Assembly (NCBI GenBank): GCA_000934665.2
Contig: KZ538192.1
Span: forward strand, 1 to 64,000
Direction of reading: 5' to 3'
From: Catajapyx aquilonaris
Taxonomy: Eukaryota
Length of the DNA: 64,000 bases
The notes below the pieces were generated by a model. That model searched no databases and was not told the DNA's origin. It saw only the letters and a program-made list of their open reading frames with translations. A program made the translations under genes and the position numbers. Of the stretch, positions 51,147-64,000 are shown piece by piece (the first letter of the stretch is position 1; each line of letters opens with the position of its first letter).

Positions 51147-52704
51147 ATAACATTATTATACAAAGCATACATCTAGGTGTCACTTGTAATTGGAAGTAAA
51201 ATGGAACAAATGGATTCAAGCACGTATGCACGTGAAATAATATTGTTTTCATTTTAATTTATTATTCAAAATAACATGTTCATAAGCGTTTCTTGTCCAC
51301 ATAACTGCAAAATTGATCAAAATAGATCAAGAATGAATTAATTTCATTAACATGTTAATGAAACAATTCAGCATTTTTGACAACCTACTACAAGCAATTA
51401 TTACACTCCTCTCTATTTCGTTACACCAGTGTACAGTAGTAAAGACATGAAAGATGAGCGCAATATTTAATTACCTCCTCTTGAAACCCCAGGCTCGATT
51501 TCTCCCAGGCGAGTGCCATTTTGAAGTAGCTTCCTGATATTAGTTGCCACCCAGGGAGTATACAGGAGGCCATTAGGAAATCCAACTGGACCGTTTACCC
51601 CCATGAAGGCTCTCCGGACTTCCCGTGGTCTTTTCTGAGAGATTTCCAGAGAGGTGTCGGATGACGGGCTTTCCCCCCTTTTTACGGCGTGCACTAAAGC
51701 GCGCAACTCGAATTGATTTGTCTCCTCAAATTGGGAACTGTAACAGCTGGAAGAAACAGTGCTTGTGCCAGGTATTTCTTGGCCGCTCTCAATAAGGTCC
51801 CGGTATGAGTTGGAGAGACACTGGAATCTGTGTTCTTTTGTCGCCGTTGTTGAGAGAATGGAAAGTGTAGCTGCTTGAAGGGAAGATGAAAGACACATCT
51901 AGTGGAGTTGAAGTCCACCTGGAATTTCTCCATCTGCCCCAGCTCTTATCTCCGCGGGCTCTTTCCTGAAAGCTGCGTCTTCAATAACAAAGACCTGATG
52001 TATGGAGGAGGTGATAACCTGCAATTCCGGGGAAGACGTTTCATCAACTATGCTTGAGGCTCTTGGCAGGAATAATGAGAGTTGGCTAATGGTGGCGCAC
52101 ACTCCGGGTTTTCGTTATTCATGATTAATAATCGGATGCGTTGAATATGGCGCTCTTAATGTGGGACTTGCGGAAGTCGCATGATACCTTGAACTATGCA
52201 GAGGAAGAGTGGATGGGGTCAATTGTTAGTCAATGTACTATGCTGACTTAATTTTTGTTCCAGTTGACATGGCCGTAGTGGATAGAAATTTTTTGACACT
52301 TATTAGCTGATTATTTTAAAGCTACAGGTGTCTTTTGAATAGTCACTTGTATAGGATAGCAAATTAGCCTAGCTGCTAATGTATTAGGTTGCATGAGTCC
52401 ATCTTTTTAACGCGTGCAGGGGAGGAGGGGTCTGCAAAAAAATGCCCTATCATTGAGGTTCTATGACAGTTGCTCCAGTTGGCCATTCACAACCTCACAT
52501 TCTTTGCAATTCAGAGTCTGAATGGCTACCTTATTTCGGCCTAATATGAGTGTAAGCAGTGAATAGACCACAGTGCCTTTGATAACCACCAAAAGTAACT
52601 GCTCATTAAAAATAAGTAGCTTTGCGTCAAAAATTGCTAACACTTAAGAGACATTTGCCTTTGAACACACTGAATACATCATTAGTATGTATACATAACC
52701 TGCC

Positions 52705-53086
52705 TGCCCGTCTTACGTAAGTGGATCGTTTCGCAACATTACGGTAAACTTAAACTTAAGTCAGAGTTAAATAACTCAGAACCTGTTTTTATTACACAAC
52801 ATAATATACTGTAGCACCGTATACTGCACATTGATATACTGAAGTCACTGTCATATTCAATTGAGGCCGTTTCGACAGGGAATGGGATCCTCGAGGCCCA
52901 GAAACTGGTCGAAAATGTCTGTCACATGGAAATTGAGTGAGAGAATTAGTCTAGGCGGGCATGTCCAAAATTTAATGAGTTTTCTCTCAATTGACCAGTT
53001 TGTTCCAGAAATTTACGCATGTCGTAAATGTTTTACGTAAGTCCGAATCTACGTATGTCGGAGTTACGTAAGTGGGGAACTGACTG
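52705..53086. mobile_element. pogo/Tigger-like MITE remnant
   Basis: Right end TTACGTAAGTGGGGAACTGACTG|TA with repeated TTACGTAAGT motifs. The left end CCCGTCTTACGTAAGT is eroded. Confidence 0.45.
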
Positions 53087-53943
53087 TATTTCTCTACACT
53101 ACAGAGTATTTCAAAAGGTTCTCAGTGCCACTCGTACTTACGTTACTTGCGATATTCCAAACCATAAACCCTACAGCTCATTTAGAAGAGAAATTGCTCA
53201 CTTTTTGTACTACCCTGTAGACATGTTTTGCATAATGTACTTTATATGTTTAAAATCCAGTCTTTTCCATGATGTATTAATAATCATAAAGGTTATTATT
53301 ATACTGCTCATATTGGAAAGGATAAAGCAATGATATAATATCTTCTATGATTAACGTATAACATGTGAATGCGAGTGCTGACAGTATTTATTCGAATGTT
53401 GAGCGCAATACCAAATCGATTTTGACATGGTGAATGATTGGTGGCACAACAATGTACATATAATATAATATTATATTTCAGTCTAAAATGAAGATGACTC
53501 AAACGTATGTATCTGTTTAAAATGTCAAATAGTAGCCTACTAGTTGTAGCTACATATTTATCCTTCTTCTGAGAGTGTTTTAATAATTAAATTACTGCTA
53601 ATTACCAATAATAAGCATAAGACTTGTGAACATTGTTTATTCTAAGCTGAATAGGAGTGTATAGGGCAATTAACCTGCGCTTTACGAGCCTGAATCTGTT
53701 TGATCCAGTCCTTTCTCCCATCTTGACAGTTGGGTTGGCCACACAGAGGATAGCACATTTACTGACCAATCAAATATTTCTGTACAATGCAGTACATTCT
53801 GTACGGTGTCCTAAGACTGATCTTGAAATGCAAAGGTGTTGATCAAACATTGAACATGTTGGGATGTGTGGACCAGGTCTCCACGTATTGTTTCTCATGT
53901 GTGTCCGGAAAAAAATCTCCTCCCCTGAAAACTGGTGAAACGA

Positions 53944-55372
53944 CAAAGGTGGGCACAGCTAACCGAAAAATCAGCTTCTCTAACAGCTGATCAGCTAACT
54001 ATAAAAAACTGGATTTGCTAAATAGCTAATGCTAAATGGCTAGAAAATTAGTTAGAGCTAATGCTAACAGCTAACAGCTAACTTCATTTTTTTTTCTCCA
54101 TGACCCTTAAAAACCAGACCTGAGCTGATAAAGCCTAGAGAGCATTGCTACACATACACCTTATTTAGTTATTTACTGTTCCATACAAAAAGTAATAAAC
54201 AAATCCAAATAGGAAAAAAGTTTATTTGTCTCAGAAGAAAGCCACAAAGACAGGCAATGCAAAATTTATATTAAAAAACTGGTAGCTATAATGTAATCCG
54301 CGCACCAAAGTGATCGGAAAATAAGTTTTGGCCAGGTAGACAGGAACAGAATTTACAATCCGGCACCTAGCCCTGTAATATGAGTACAATGTATATGGGC
54401 GGCGGCAAAAAAGGGAGTTTTAACCCTTAACTAGTAACGTGGGGTCATTTTTGACCCCAAGCTTGCGGAAATTAGCACTGTCAAATAACTATGGTTAATC
54501 AAGAGCCAAAAGCTTCTGTGTATTCCTCGATCACATCTTTGTTTATGTGTTAATAACCTTTAAATTTTTCAAAAAAAATTAATAGCAGTCCAAAAACGGC
54601 TATAACGAAGGTGATGTGCGGCTGGGGTCAAAAATGACCCCACGTTACTAGTTACGTTTGGATTCCTCATTCCTCTTGGATTCATGCCTGCCAGTGAGAA
54701 GCTTCTATTTTTTTTGCTTCAAACGGTCAATGCAGTTACCTCTATCGATGAAATTTGTAGTCATCAACCTTAGATACATTACAATACAGGTGGCACGCCA
54801 TGTACTAATGGCAAACCTGTCATAGACGATGCAATAATAAAGTTTTTTGCCCGAGATATTAATAATACAACTATTTATGTAGAGGAAATATATTCATCCT
54901 TTTACACACCTAATATATTACAAAAAATTTGTAAATAGTTTCAGATATGGGTTTGGCCTGCGCTCTCTATACTTATACACTGTCATATAGCCGTTATTTT
55001 GAAAGTATTACTTGTATGGCATTTAATGTAGAGGACATATCATCATCATTTGGGACTTTATATAGAGAACTTGCTTCCCAGATTCCACCATAGGGCCTTG
55101 AAGTCCCCCACCCTGGCCACTCATAAACTGGTCTATGTTAATCCCTGCCTGGAGTGGAAACAATGCAACTTTAAAAAGTAACAGACAGCGACACAGGAAC
55201 ACGAATTAATTTTGTTAGCTGATTGTATTTAGCTGCAGTGCGGCACTAATTTAGTGAGAGCTAATTAGTCAGCTAGCGACCTGAAAAGTTAGAGGAAGCA
55301 GCTAATCAGCTAGCGAAAAGTTAGTTCAGCTATTAGCTGTTAGCTGATTAAAGGAGCTAATGCCCACCTTTG
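53944..55372. mobile_element. Non-autonomous hAT element with AGCTAA subterminal arrays
   Basis: TIR CAAAGGTGGGCA / TGCCCACCTTTG and perfect 8-bp TSD TGAAACGA (53936-53943, 55373-55380). Many AGCTAA/TTAGCT motifs near both ends. Confidence 0.88.
54424..54654. mobile_element. piggyBac-like end fragment nested in the hAT element
   Basis: TTAA|CCCTTAACTAGTAACGTGGGGTCATTTTTGACCCCA mirrored by TGGGGTCAAAATGACCCCACGTTACTAGTTA. No distal GGG|TTAA end was found. Confidence 0.5.
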
Positions 55373-58300
55373 TGAAACGATACCACGACTTCAACTTTAA
55401 GCTGGAAAATAATAACTAGCCCGAGGACAAACTCATATGAGCTGTGCATATCCTCTTTCATATCTTCTGAACAATATGGAGGTTGCTGAGCTGCAGCACA
55501 CAATTTAATTGGCCAAATCCGCCAAGAACTACAAAAGAAATTACATCATGCCGCTCCCCGCATGTTTTTTTTTACATTATAAAGAGTTGGCCTGTCTGAA
55601 CCTTCCAGTCAGATTAAATGGGATCCTTCGATAACAACTACGCGCTTTTTATAATCCAGGTCAATTTCAAAATGCCAGTATAGATCAGTAAGACTGTCGA
55701 CATGTAGGCTATTAAGATTGTGTAGTAATATTTGATCGTGCATTGTTTGAATTGAATTTTTATGTGCAAATTTAACACTGTTGCGTACTTGAAATCGTGT
55801 TTTCTGTTTAACTGGCAAAATAGAAAATTAATTACAGTGTATTGTATTTTTTGTACTCCGCCATCACTGTAGGGGAAGTAAGCAGATGAAAAATTAATAT
55901 TTTGAAATGGCGCCGCCGCGCCGCGGCGTAGTGTTAGAGGTTTGTGGTTATGCGGGATAATTTTATAAAAGTTTTGACTGTGAATAAAAATTAACATATT
56001 GAAAGGTACATGCAAAATAATGTGAACACATAATAGAGACGAATGACAAACACGGCAAAACCTTGTTTTACACAATATGTAGCTTACAATGTGATTTTTG
56101 AGAGAGCTTTAGAATGATTAATTATCTTAGCTTTGGATTTTGATTACTTGATATATTACAAGATGAATATCATCCTAGTCCATGATGGCGATAGAGATTT
56201 TTTACGAAGATAATAATCACATATTAGCTAATTATATAATCACCCTGATTATAGGGGCCATGCTTCGTGTTCTCCAACACTCAACCCTCAACCATTCTTC
56301 CTGCATGAGTCACCTGAAGCGCAAAATGACCCCTATTATTCAGTGTATGAATGCAAATCTAAACTTGCTTTTATAGCCACAGCCAAATTTGTCGAAATTC
56401 ACTTTGCAAGGAGCCTAAGTGTGAACCTTTTGCAACACTTTGTATTGTCTCTGAAACCTTTCCAACTTCCCTTTTCCAAGCCCCAGCTTTAAAACTACGC
56501 CTATATTTGTGTAATTTTATTTAAAATATTGATTTTAAAAGTAAGTAGGTATGTGTTTTCCTCTCATGTGCGATTTCCATTCCAGAGAGTCTGTCTTTGA
56601 AATCTGGATCCATATTATTCCCCCCCCCCCCCTGCCTTTGTTCACAGTAGACCAGCTTGTTGGTGTTTGGACCTTTCAGTCGAAATCTGATTCAGTTGGT
56701 ACAGTACAGTATAGGTTGGCGTACAAGTCGAGAGGCCAGCATAACTTTCTAGTGGCTCTTGAACTACTGCGGGTCGTTGGCAAGTCTGACGCTGTTAGAT
56801 TCAAGATGGTGCGTATAAGTTGTGGAGAAACGCGCACAGGAAGGGGATCGCTCGCTCGGTGGCCCAAATTCCATTATTAGGGAGCAATAAGGCGGTAAAT
56901 CCACGCCTTCCTTGCAACTCCGTACTAATTCCGGTAGCATTTACGAAGCCCCTCTTCCTAAATGATCTCAGAAGACCCCACTGCTTATTGTGCTACCATG
57001 AAGCGGTGCTTTTGCAAATCAGGGCAAGACGATGAGCCAAGTCCCTTAGGGAGGAACCCGGTTCGTCTTTCCCATTAAGATCCCGGGACGGAACAAAACA
57101 CACCAGGCCATGACTCAGGCGGCTTTCCTTCATGGCATCAGGGGCCTAAATGCAGGGAGGAATGAGATGCCGAACCTCTTTTCCTTCCCATTTACCTCAG
57201 GTGGTGTCAATGGCCTTAGTGCTGGATTTTCTTTCGGAGGAATTTCATTAGTTCGTTAAAGATTTAATTAGCCTCGATTTTTCGACAAACTTTTGTCTGA
57301 GGATATAGGCTGAAGGGGGAACCTGATTATTATTCATTCGGAGTAAGGCGCTTACTAACATCGTAAAGGGTTGGGCATTAGTTATTATTTTGATCGTGAA
57401 AGTTTATAATTTTCATGACGTTCATTTGGACCGATTCCCAACGAGGCTATAATGTCGTTGGTCGGAATGCATGTGAAATGAGCAGTAAGCTATAAATAGG
57501 TACCAAAAAATTTATTACATTTCATTTGTGACAGCTCGTGATGCCTGTAACACGATTAAACCTGTATCCACTTAACATGGGTTATTAACAGACGCTATAT
57601 TATAATCTATGTGTTATCATATACCGACTGCACGATGGACTCTTGCTTGCTATCATGTTCAGGGACTTATTTGGTACAGGAATTACTGCAAATACTGTAT
57701 TCTCACCATGCTGCCTTCACTTGTAAAGTTACGTCTTCACAATAAAATACGAAATGAATACTTGAGTGGAGGGTTCCTTCGAAAACGTTGGAAATTAATT
57801 TGCAGAAAAAATATGCTTTTGTGTTTTTCTCAAGGGGAGGAAGCCTATATGCGTGGGGAAATTGCCCTATTAAAACACCAAATATAACGCACGGGAGCGA
57901 CAGAACAATGTTGAAAACGAGCCAATACAAGCATTATTTAACACCTGAATCATTCGGTTGCTATTTGCATTAACGACTGATACGGAAGGCGACCTTTTTT
58001 GCATACCAAGAGCTATGCAATGGCAAAAAAGAGGTTACGAATGAGCTCAACCAAGATGATTTCTCTCATATTCAGACAGGTTTGTGACCATCTGCAACAT
58101 TCTTACTTGCGAGGCCATCTGAGAGCATCTTGTGACAGATATCGTCGGAGAGAAATGGCGCCATGAGACTAAAACAGTCATTTCCGGGCTGCCATCCACT
58201 AACACCTCATGTGTCTAACAATGTAATCGCCCAAGAATTCCATTTCGAACGTTTTTTTGATGAAATCCTCCACAGGGTTATATCAAAAAAAGAACATAAA

Positions 58301-60389
58301 GAGCTACTGTGTAAAAAATGTCAAGTTGATTTTCAGTTCGTGGTACTTTGCTCCTGCATAAACTCATTCAGTATTTACGTCTATCTTTATTAACATGTAT
58401 ACCACAAAAAAAAGAAATACAGTAGAGCAAATGAGTTACCTTATATTAATTTTATAAATATACTACGGGAACACCTTTTTCGGGAACGCATTGAACCATA
58501 TTATACATTATACTCATGGAGCCTGGACTATATTGCGAAACGGTGGATTTGAAGGGGAGTTGCATGGATATGAACGTCTCTCGTTCATTATCCATATAAC
58601 TAAGAAAGGTGAGGAAATTGATCGGCGGAGTTGGTCCCTGGAAACGGAACATTCCGCCATGCAACATTTCCATGGCCGCCCAAGTAATGGATTCTGAGAT
58701 TTGTTACTGTCATGTCACTCAAGCCTGAGTAGAAAACCTTCTCAAGCGACGGGAGAGAAATGGCTAACTGATTGCTGTGAGTCTCTGTGTATTCAAACCC
58801 AATCCTGGCCGCATTAACTCCCGTGCATGAAGGGGAAATTAATTAAATTTCCCGTGCACTTCCCCTATTGAGTTGTGCATTTTGGGCACATGAAGGCGCC
58901 ACTGAATTATATTGAGCTCCAGGAGGGGGGGGGGGGGTTATCTTGCCCAGTCGCCTACAGTATACATGCATGTACCCCCAAAATGAGGAGTTACCTTGAC
59001 GCGTTTGGCTCTCACATGCTGCAATGTCATACTGCGGCTGTACCGTGTATCTGCGCCGAGATATATGCAAAGCAAGGCCGATTGAAACCGAGTGACTGGC
59101 ACCGACATTTCCGGCGCATAACACGGAATAGAATTGACCTGTCCGGCCAAAATTGTTGTTGGTTGTATTGGCAAACTGCCCTTTATGCAGAATTCACGAC
59201 GCGGTTGGTGGTGGATGGGGAGAAAAAGTTCCACTTCAGTGAAAAAAAAGGAGGGGACTAAAAATGACAGAACCCATTACTGCCGTGTGAATATTTGTTA
59301 CAGGAATTATATCGACAACCCAACATTTAAAATGTTTTTGCGATCCGTAAGGAGTGATGGCAAGGGGGGCTGAAAAATATGATCTCACAACCATGATAAA
59401 ATGCAATTGACAGTGAAATGTGTCCCTTTTTACTCCCCCCGTTATGGAAGTGAAGCTGCGGAGCATCGGAGAAACTGTACCATCTGCGCCTTTGCTTCTC
59501 CTCTCAGTCCTCATTAAAGGACCTTCAATATGGAAATAAGATGGATAACGGGTTTAACTCCTTTCGCTCGCCTCGTACATCTTCTTCCTCATTTAAGGAA
59601 ATAACAGGATTTATTAAATTGGAAGGTGAAGTTCTTAGCCTTGTCGTTTTAGCCTAAGCTCCATAATCTCCTCCGTTGGATTCTTTGTCAGAAGTGTGAG
59701 CCTGCCAGTGTAAAGAAATAATTGTGCCGACTCATAATATCAGTAGCTGCTGCACGTTCCCGTGCATACTGAAAAACAAAAGTGAAAAAAGACAACATGT
59801 ATATCATGCTTTTTTTGTTATTATGTCGTCAGCTGAGCCTGATTAAGTCTAAATGGAGGTGGATGTACTGCACATGTATAGAGCTACAGTACATGACGCG
59901 TGGGTTACTACAGTCAAATTATATTGTGTACAACACTCTCATACAGCAATTGAAAGAAAGCAATAACGATCGGATGACGTATCACAGAATAGTAATTCTA
60001 TATATTATAGCCTACTTGATGTAGGCGCTTTTTATAGTAAATACTGTGATCAAGAAACATGTCAGTTAAATGGCCAATAAAGATATGGTATCTTTTATCC
60101 ACGCTTACCCATGAGAAACATGTCTCGCGCAATATTCAATTTTTGGTCATTGATATAAATGATCCAATTAACGCGAAGTGAAATATTGTTAAAACATACA
60201 TCACATACGAATAATAAAAGTTGATGTTTAAAACATGGATACCAGATACCAAAGGGACAGGGTTAGTGGAAGTTGAGATGAATTTTTTAAAATACACTAG
60301 ATACCATCCGTGTTTGACGTCAAGTGAAACGAGACTAGTCTGATTCGTCGAAAAAAAAATTATAGATCGGACATAATTTTTCACTCGGT

Positions 60390-60660
60390 TCTGAACATGA
60401 TGTCCATCATCACTACAACTCACCTCACGCTCATATGACTCCAAGAACTACTTCAACAAAATGCTTCTCCAGTGAGGGAGAGCCAATGAGGGACAAGGTT
60501 GTTAGGAGGGATGTCAGTCACTATGCAGCACTTGTGGTCAGATTCTTCTGAAGTGTTCACATTTTGGGAAACTTTTTCTTTCCTTTTTCGCTTTTGGTTT
60601 GTCAATCTGAAATCCCAGTCGATGCGAAACCTAGATGTGGAATGCACACTGCATAGAACC
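60390..60660 (-). mobile_element. Decayed mariner-like transposase C-terminal remnant
   Basis: Minus-strand peptides DWDFRL...KEKVSQNVNTSEE and ESYEREVSCSDDGHHVQN resemble the DF.LW..LK.KVY...P.T.EE and F..R...C...DG.H.E ends of mariner transposases. Confidence 0.38.
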
Positions 60661-61489
60661 ATTTCTTGCTGCGGGTTTATTTCTGGTAAATTCGGTCGAT
60701 TAAGACACGATTAGTGTTATGTTCACGTTCACCTGCCATATATCTCATTATCTGCTCCATAGAGAACGCAGTGAGGGCAGGAGAACGGACGGGACCAACA
60801 GGAGTTCCATAATCCTTGGAAATGAGCTGCTACCTGAAATTAAACATAAAATACATTGTCAAGTAAGTCAGTACGTTATTAATACTTTAATTATTCTCGG
60901 TATCAAAACACTTTCTGGTTAGTTTGTGAGCGTTGAGACCATTGTTGTACACTAGACATTAGACAGTCAGTCTGGTCTTCATGCTGATATTAATAATATT
61001 ACGATTAGCATATAAAAACTTTTACAGCGATTAAATTTTGACGTCCTTTCCACAAGTAAAGAGCGCAAAAATGAAAAATAGAGCTTCGGTTCAATTCGGT
61101 AAAAATACCATACAAAGGCAGTCAATAAAAATGGTCTGTTAAAGCTGCTGCAGCCGACTCTAATTAGCTTGATATTTGATACGGGGTTTGGCCTATAATG
61201 TGTTGTTGCAAGAATAGACCCAAATCATTACTTTCCAAATATGGACTCACATGAACCCGGTCATTGCTCTCTTCATTATGGCTGTAATTTGTTTCTGGAG
61301 ATGATGGATTACTTTCCACATCTACGAAATCAATTCATGGTCTTTAATATAATCATTGGCAGCTAATTACAGAGTCTTCTTTTACTAATAGAGGGGAACC
61401 CTCGCCTTGGTCTGATCATGTCTCCTATAATTAATACGAACTGCGTTTGCAGGCTAAAAGCAGGCTACCAATTTACTATGCTGTATAAT

Positions 61490-61600
61490 GTCAGGTGGTG
61501 TAGTGGTTATAGCCACACCCTTCCACCACTGAGGTCCAACGTTCGATTCCTGAGTGGAAAATATGAAAATAAATTCGCATGGGTTTTTTTCGGGGTTCTC
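61490..61600 (+). mobile_element. Degenerate tRNA-derived SINE head
   Basis: GGTGGTGTAGTGGTTA (A-box) and GTTCGATTCC (B-box), followed by GGGTTTTTTTCGGGGTTCTC. It does not form a cloverleaf. Confidence 0.45.
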
Positions 61601-64000
61601 ACTTTGAAATAATATACCCAAAGCAGCGCATGAATAAAATAAAATAGTGTAATTTAAAAGAGGATCCCCTATCAGCGGGTAACAAATTGCTATAAAATTT
61701 GACTGTGCGCTACAAAATTGCTGGAATCGGGCGTCGATTAAGCGTGGAAAATGTGGCATTCCCGAGTGTGATATTACTTCCAGCTGCTTTAGCCGAATTT
61801 TATATTGCAAACCAATGGTCTCTGATGGTTGTCAAATCGAATATAGGAATAGCAATTGAGTTGGAAACACATCAGGTCCGCTGCACTTCGAGTGACAGAC
61901 CGTAATTTTGGTTGTCAGCCTACCTGAAAGGCATGTCGGGAAAACAACAAGGGCGAATTTTTGCTATGATTTGGACATGTAGGTAACACCTACCAATAAT
62001 GACTACACACCATTTTGATGGCCATCTTCCCCCCCGGTTATTATCGACAGCACTATACTTGTAGGAGGCTATACGCCTTTGGATTGTGTGCCAGCATCAA
62101 CTGGAAATGCATTTGGGGATTATCTGAGGAAACCCATCAATCCTGGTAGCAGACACACACACTTCGGAAGGCTCAAAACGCTTTTGTCTCCTACATTACT
62201 TCCTTGGGTCAATGAAGAGAAAAGGGTGTTACCAAGGCTCAATATTGTCCGGCACGTCAAAAGAGCTCCCTCGCCCAGTGTAACCGTCCGATGCACGTTT
62301 GACCTCAGGATAAGCTACAAAAAAGTTGTAGCAGAGCTATAGGTTGTCGCTGGGCTATAGCCGTTAATAAAGTCTCAAGGCACGTCAAACTGGTCCGGAT
62401 AAACATAAAAGTGTCGCGGAGGCGACATGGCCGCTTGGCAGTGATAAAGGAGGGGAATAAATTGCGGTAAACGAATCTACGGCAGATCCGAATATTGCTT
62501 CTTTGCTGACTTATTCATAGAGTGGTGGTAGTGTAGTGTAGCCGTGCACTTGTGGTGCTTGCAGAATTAAGCAAACTCCCTTTATTGAACTTGGCAAGCC
62601 CTGAAGGCAGATTCTGGAGGTTCCAAGCCGCACGACATTCGTAACTGCATTGTGCAGTTGAAAGGTACACAACTCGGAAATTCTGTTTCATGCCGTCTGA
62701 TAAGATACAGCGGTCTGCTACCGGCCTTCTTGTGAACTGCAATGCTTCAGACCAGAGAACAAAGGGAAGCCCAAGGTCAGAGAAGTGGAGATGAACAGAG
62801 AACAACATTATCTACCGCACTTTGTTGGAGCTTAGCAGCGCAAAATAATACCATGCCCGCCTTTTCTCTGGAGCAAACGGCGATTATTCTAGGCTTTCAG
62901 CTATTGCGAATGGAGTAAGGCCCTATTTATCTTAATGCCATGGTGTACTGAAGGCGACGATGAAGGAGAAGGAGAACAAACTTTGTACCGGGTAGGAAGT
63001 TTGTGGATCCCGGCGGGCTTTGAAAGGACCCCAGAGACCACTTTGTGATGTGGTGGGTGGATGGGTGGGGGAGATGGGTGGGTGGGTTGAGGGAACTCTA
63101 TATGGCTGGGTGTAGGGTTATAGTGATGCTTAATCCTACCCATTTTCCACTTTGAGATTTGTCAAAGCTTCTGAAAGCTGCAAATACACCGCGGAGAGAT
63201 ATTCTTAGCCTCATTAGGATTATCGCTTTCTCTGGCTCCTTCAGGCTGGGGTAGTAATAAGCAACCACACTTAGCGAACATTAATGTATATCTTCACCGC
63301 TTATAATGAGGATTTAACTCGGTGTGGTGTTGGTGGCTGGGGAGTCGGTGAGTTGAGGCCGCGGCTTATTGCATTTCGGGGTCTTGAACAGTGTCAAAGT
63401 GTGTGCGGTGCCATCAGAGCATAGCACATTAGCAGGCACTATTTTTGAGGAGCGCCCTGACTGTTTGATTGGAAAGGACCGGAACGAATGTTTGAGATAA
63501 GGGGGACCACAGTTTTAATGGGGTCGGCGGTTGTAAATTTTCTGAAGCATGGAGCCCAGGAAGAATCTAGCTATGCCATCACTGATATACGAGCCATAAT
63601 TTTCTGATAAAATTGCCGTCTTTTTTGTGCCTACCAAGCACCGGAGGTTTTTTTATTATTATTTTTGCATGTCCTTAATTGTTTACGAGTACCGTCTATT
63701 GCAATTTAGGATCCGCATTTTTCACGTACATTTCAACACTGAATGCATGTTGTGTAAAAGCACTTTTTTTAGTGTTTGCGAAGTGTGGCAGTAATATCGA
63801 ACCGTTTTGCACATCTTGAATTTACAGTCGGTTCAGCAGCGGCTTGTAGTCGGAGAACAAAAGCCGGGCCCTGCTCGCGCGCTCGTATATCTTCAGTTAG
63901 CATAGTGTAGCCTATGATTCTGCGGAAACATCCAGCATTGACACCATAACCCTAATGAGTGGTCCGCATTGCGGTATAGGAGTGCGATATAAAACGTGAG

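Noticed and set aside
57870..58300. Possible very old mariner transposase remnant
   Set aside because: No diagnostic motif (QDGA, WPPRSPDL) could be recovered convincingly.

Overview
This is AT-rich eukaryotic genomic DNA, most likely from an arthropod or insect, with one assembly gap (12659-12886). I can support only one protein-coding gene: a four-exon BTB-BACK-6xKelch gene on the + strand (18805-24230, about 610 aa after splicing, most similar to KLHL10). Most other recognisable features are non-autonomous transposable elements. These include at least 8 tRNA-derived SINE copies (most with target-site duplications, TSDs), MITEs with Kolobok-, PIF/Harbinger-, hAT/P-, Tc1/mariner-, pogo- and piggyBac-type ends, two long fold-back elements, a Helitron, decayed transposase fragments and microsatellites. 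The most interesting observations are: (i) intron 3 of the Kelch gene is almost entirely nested inverted repeats; (ii) the SINEs are mosaics that swap heads and tails but mostly share a terminal GGGGTA motif; (iii) the Kelch gene has a divergent BTB domain, a stop-free in-frame intron and a probable C-terminal frameshift; (iv) two orphan blocks look like decayed coding sequence. I found no CRISPR array, rRNA, true tRNA or operon, and no clearly new biological system. All calls come from reading by eye, with no database searches.
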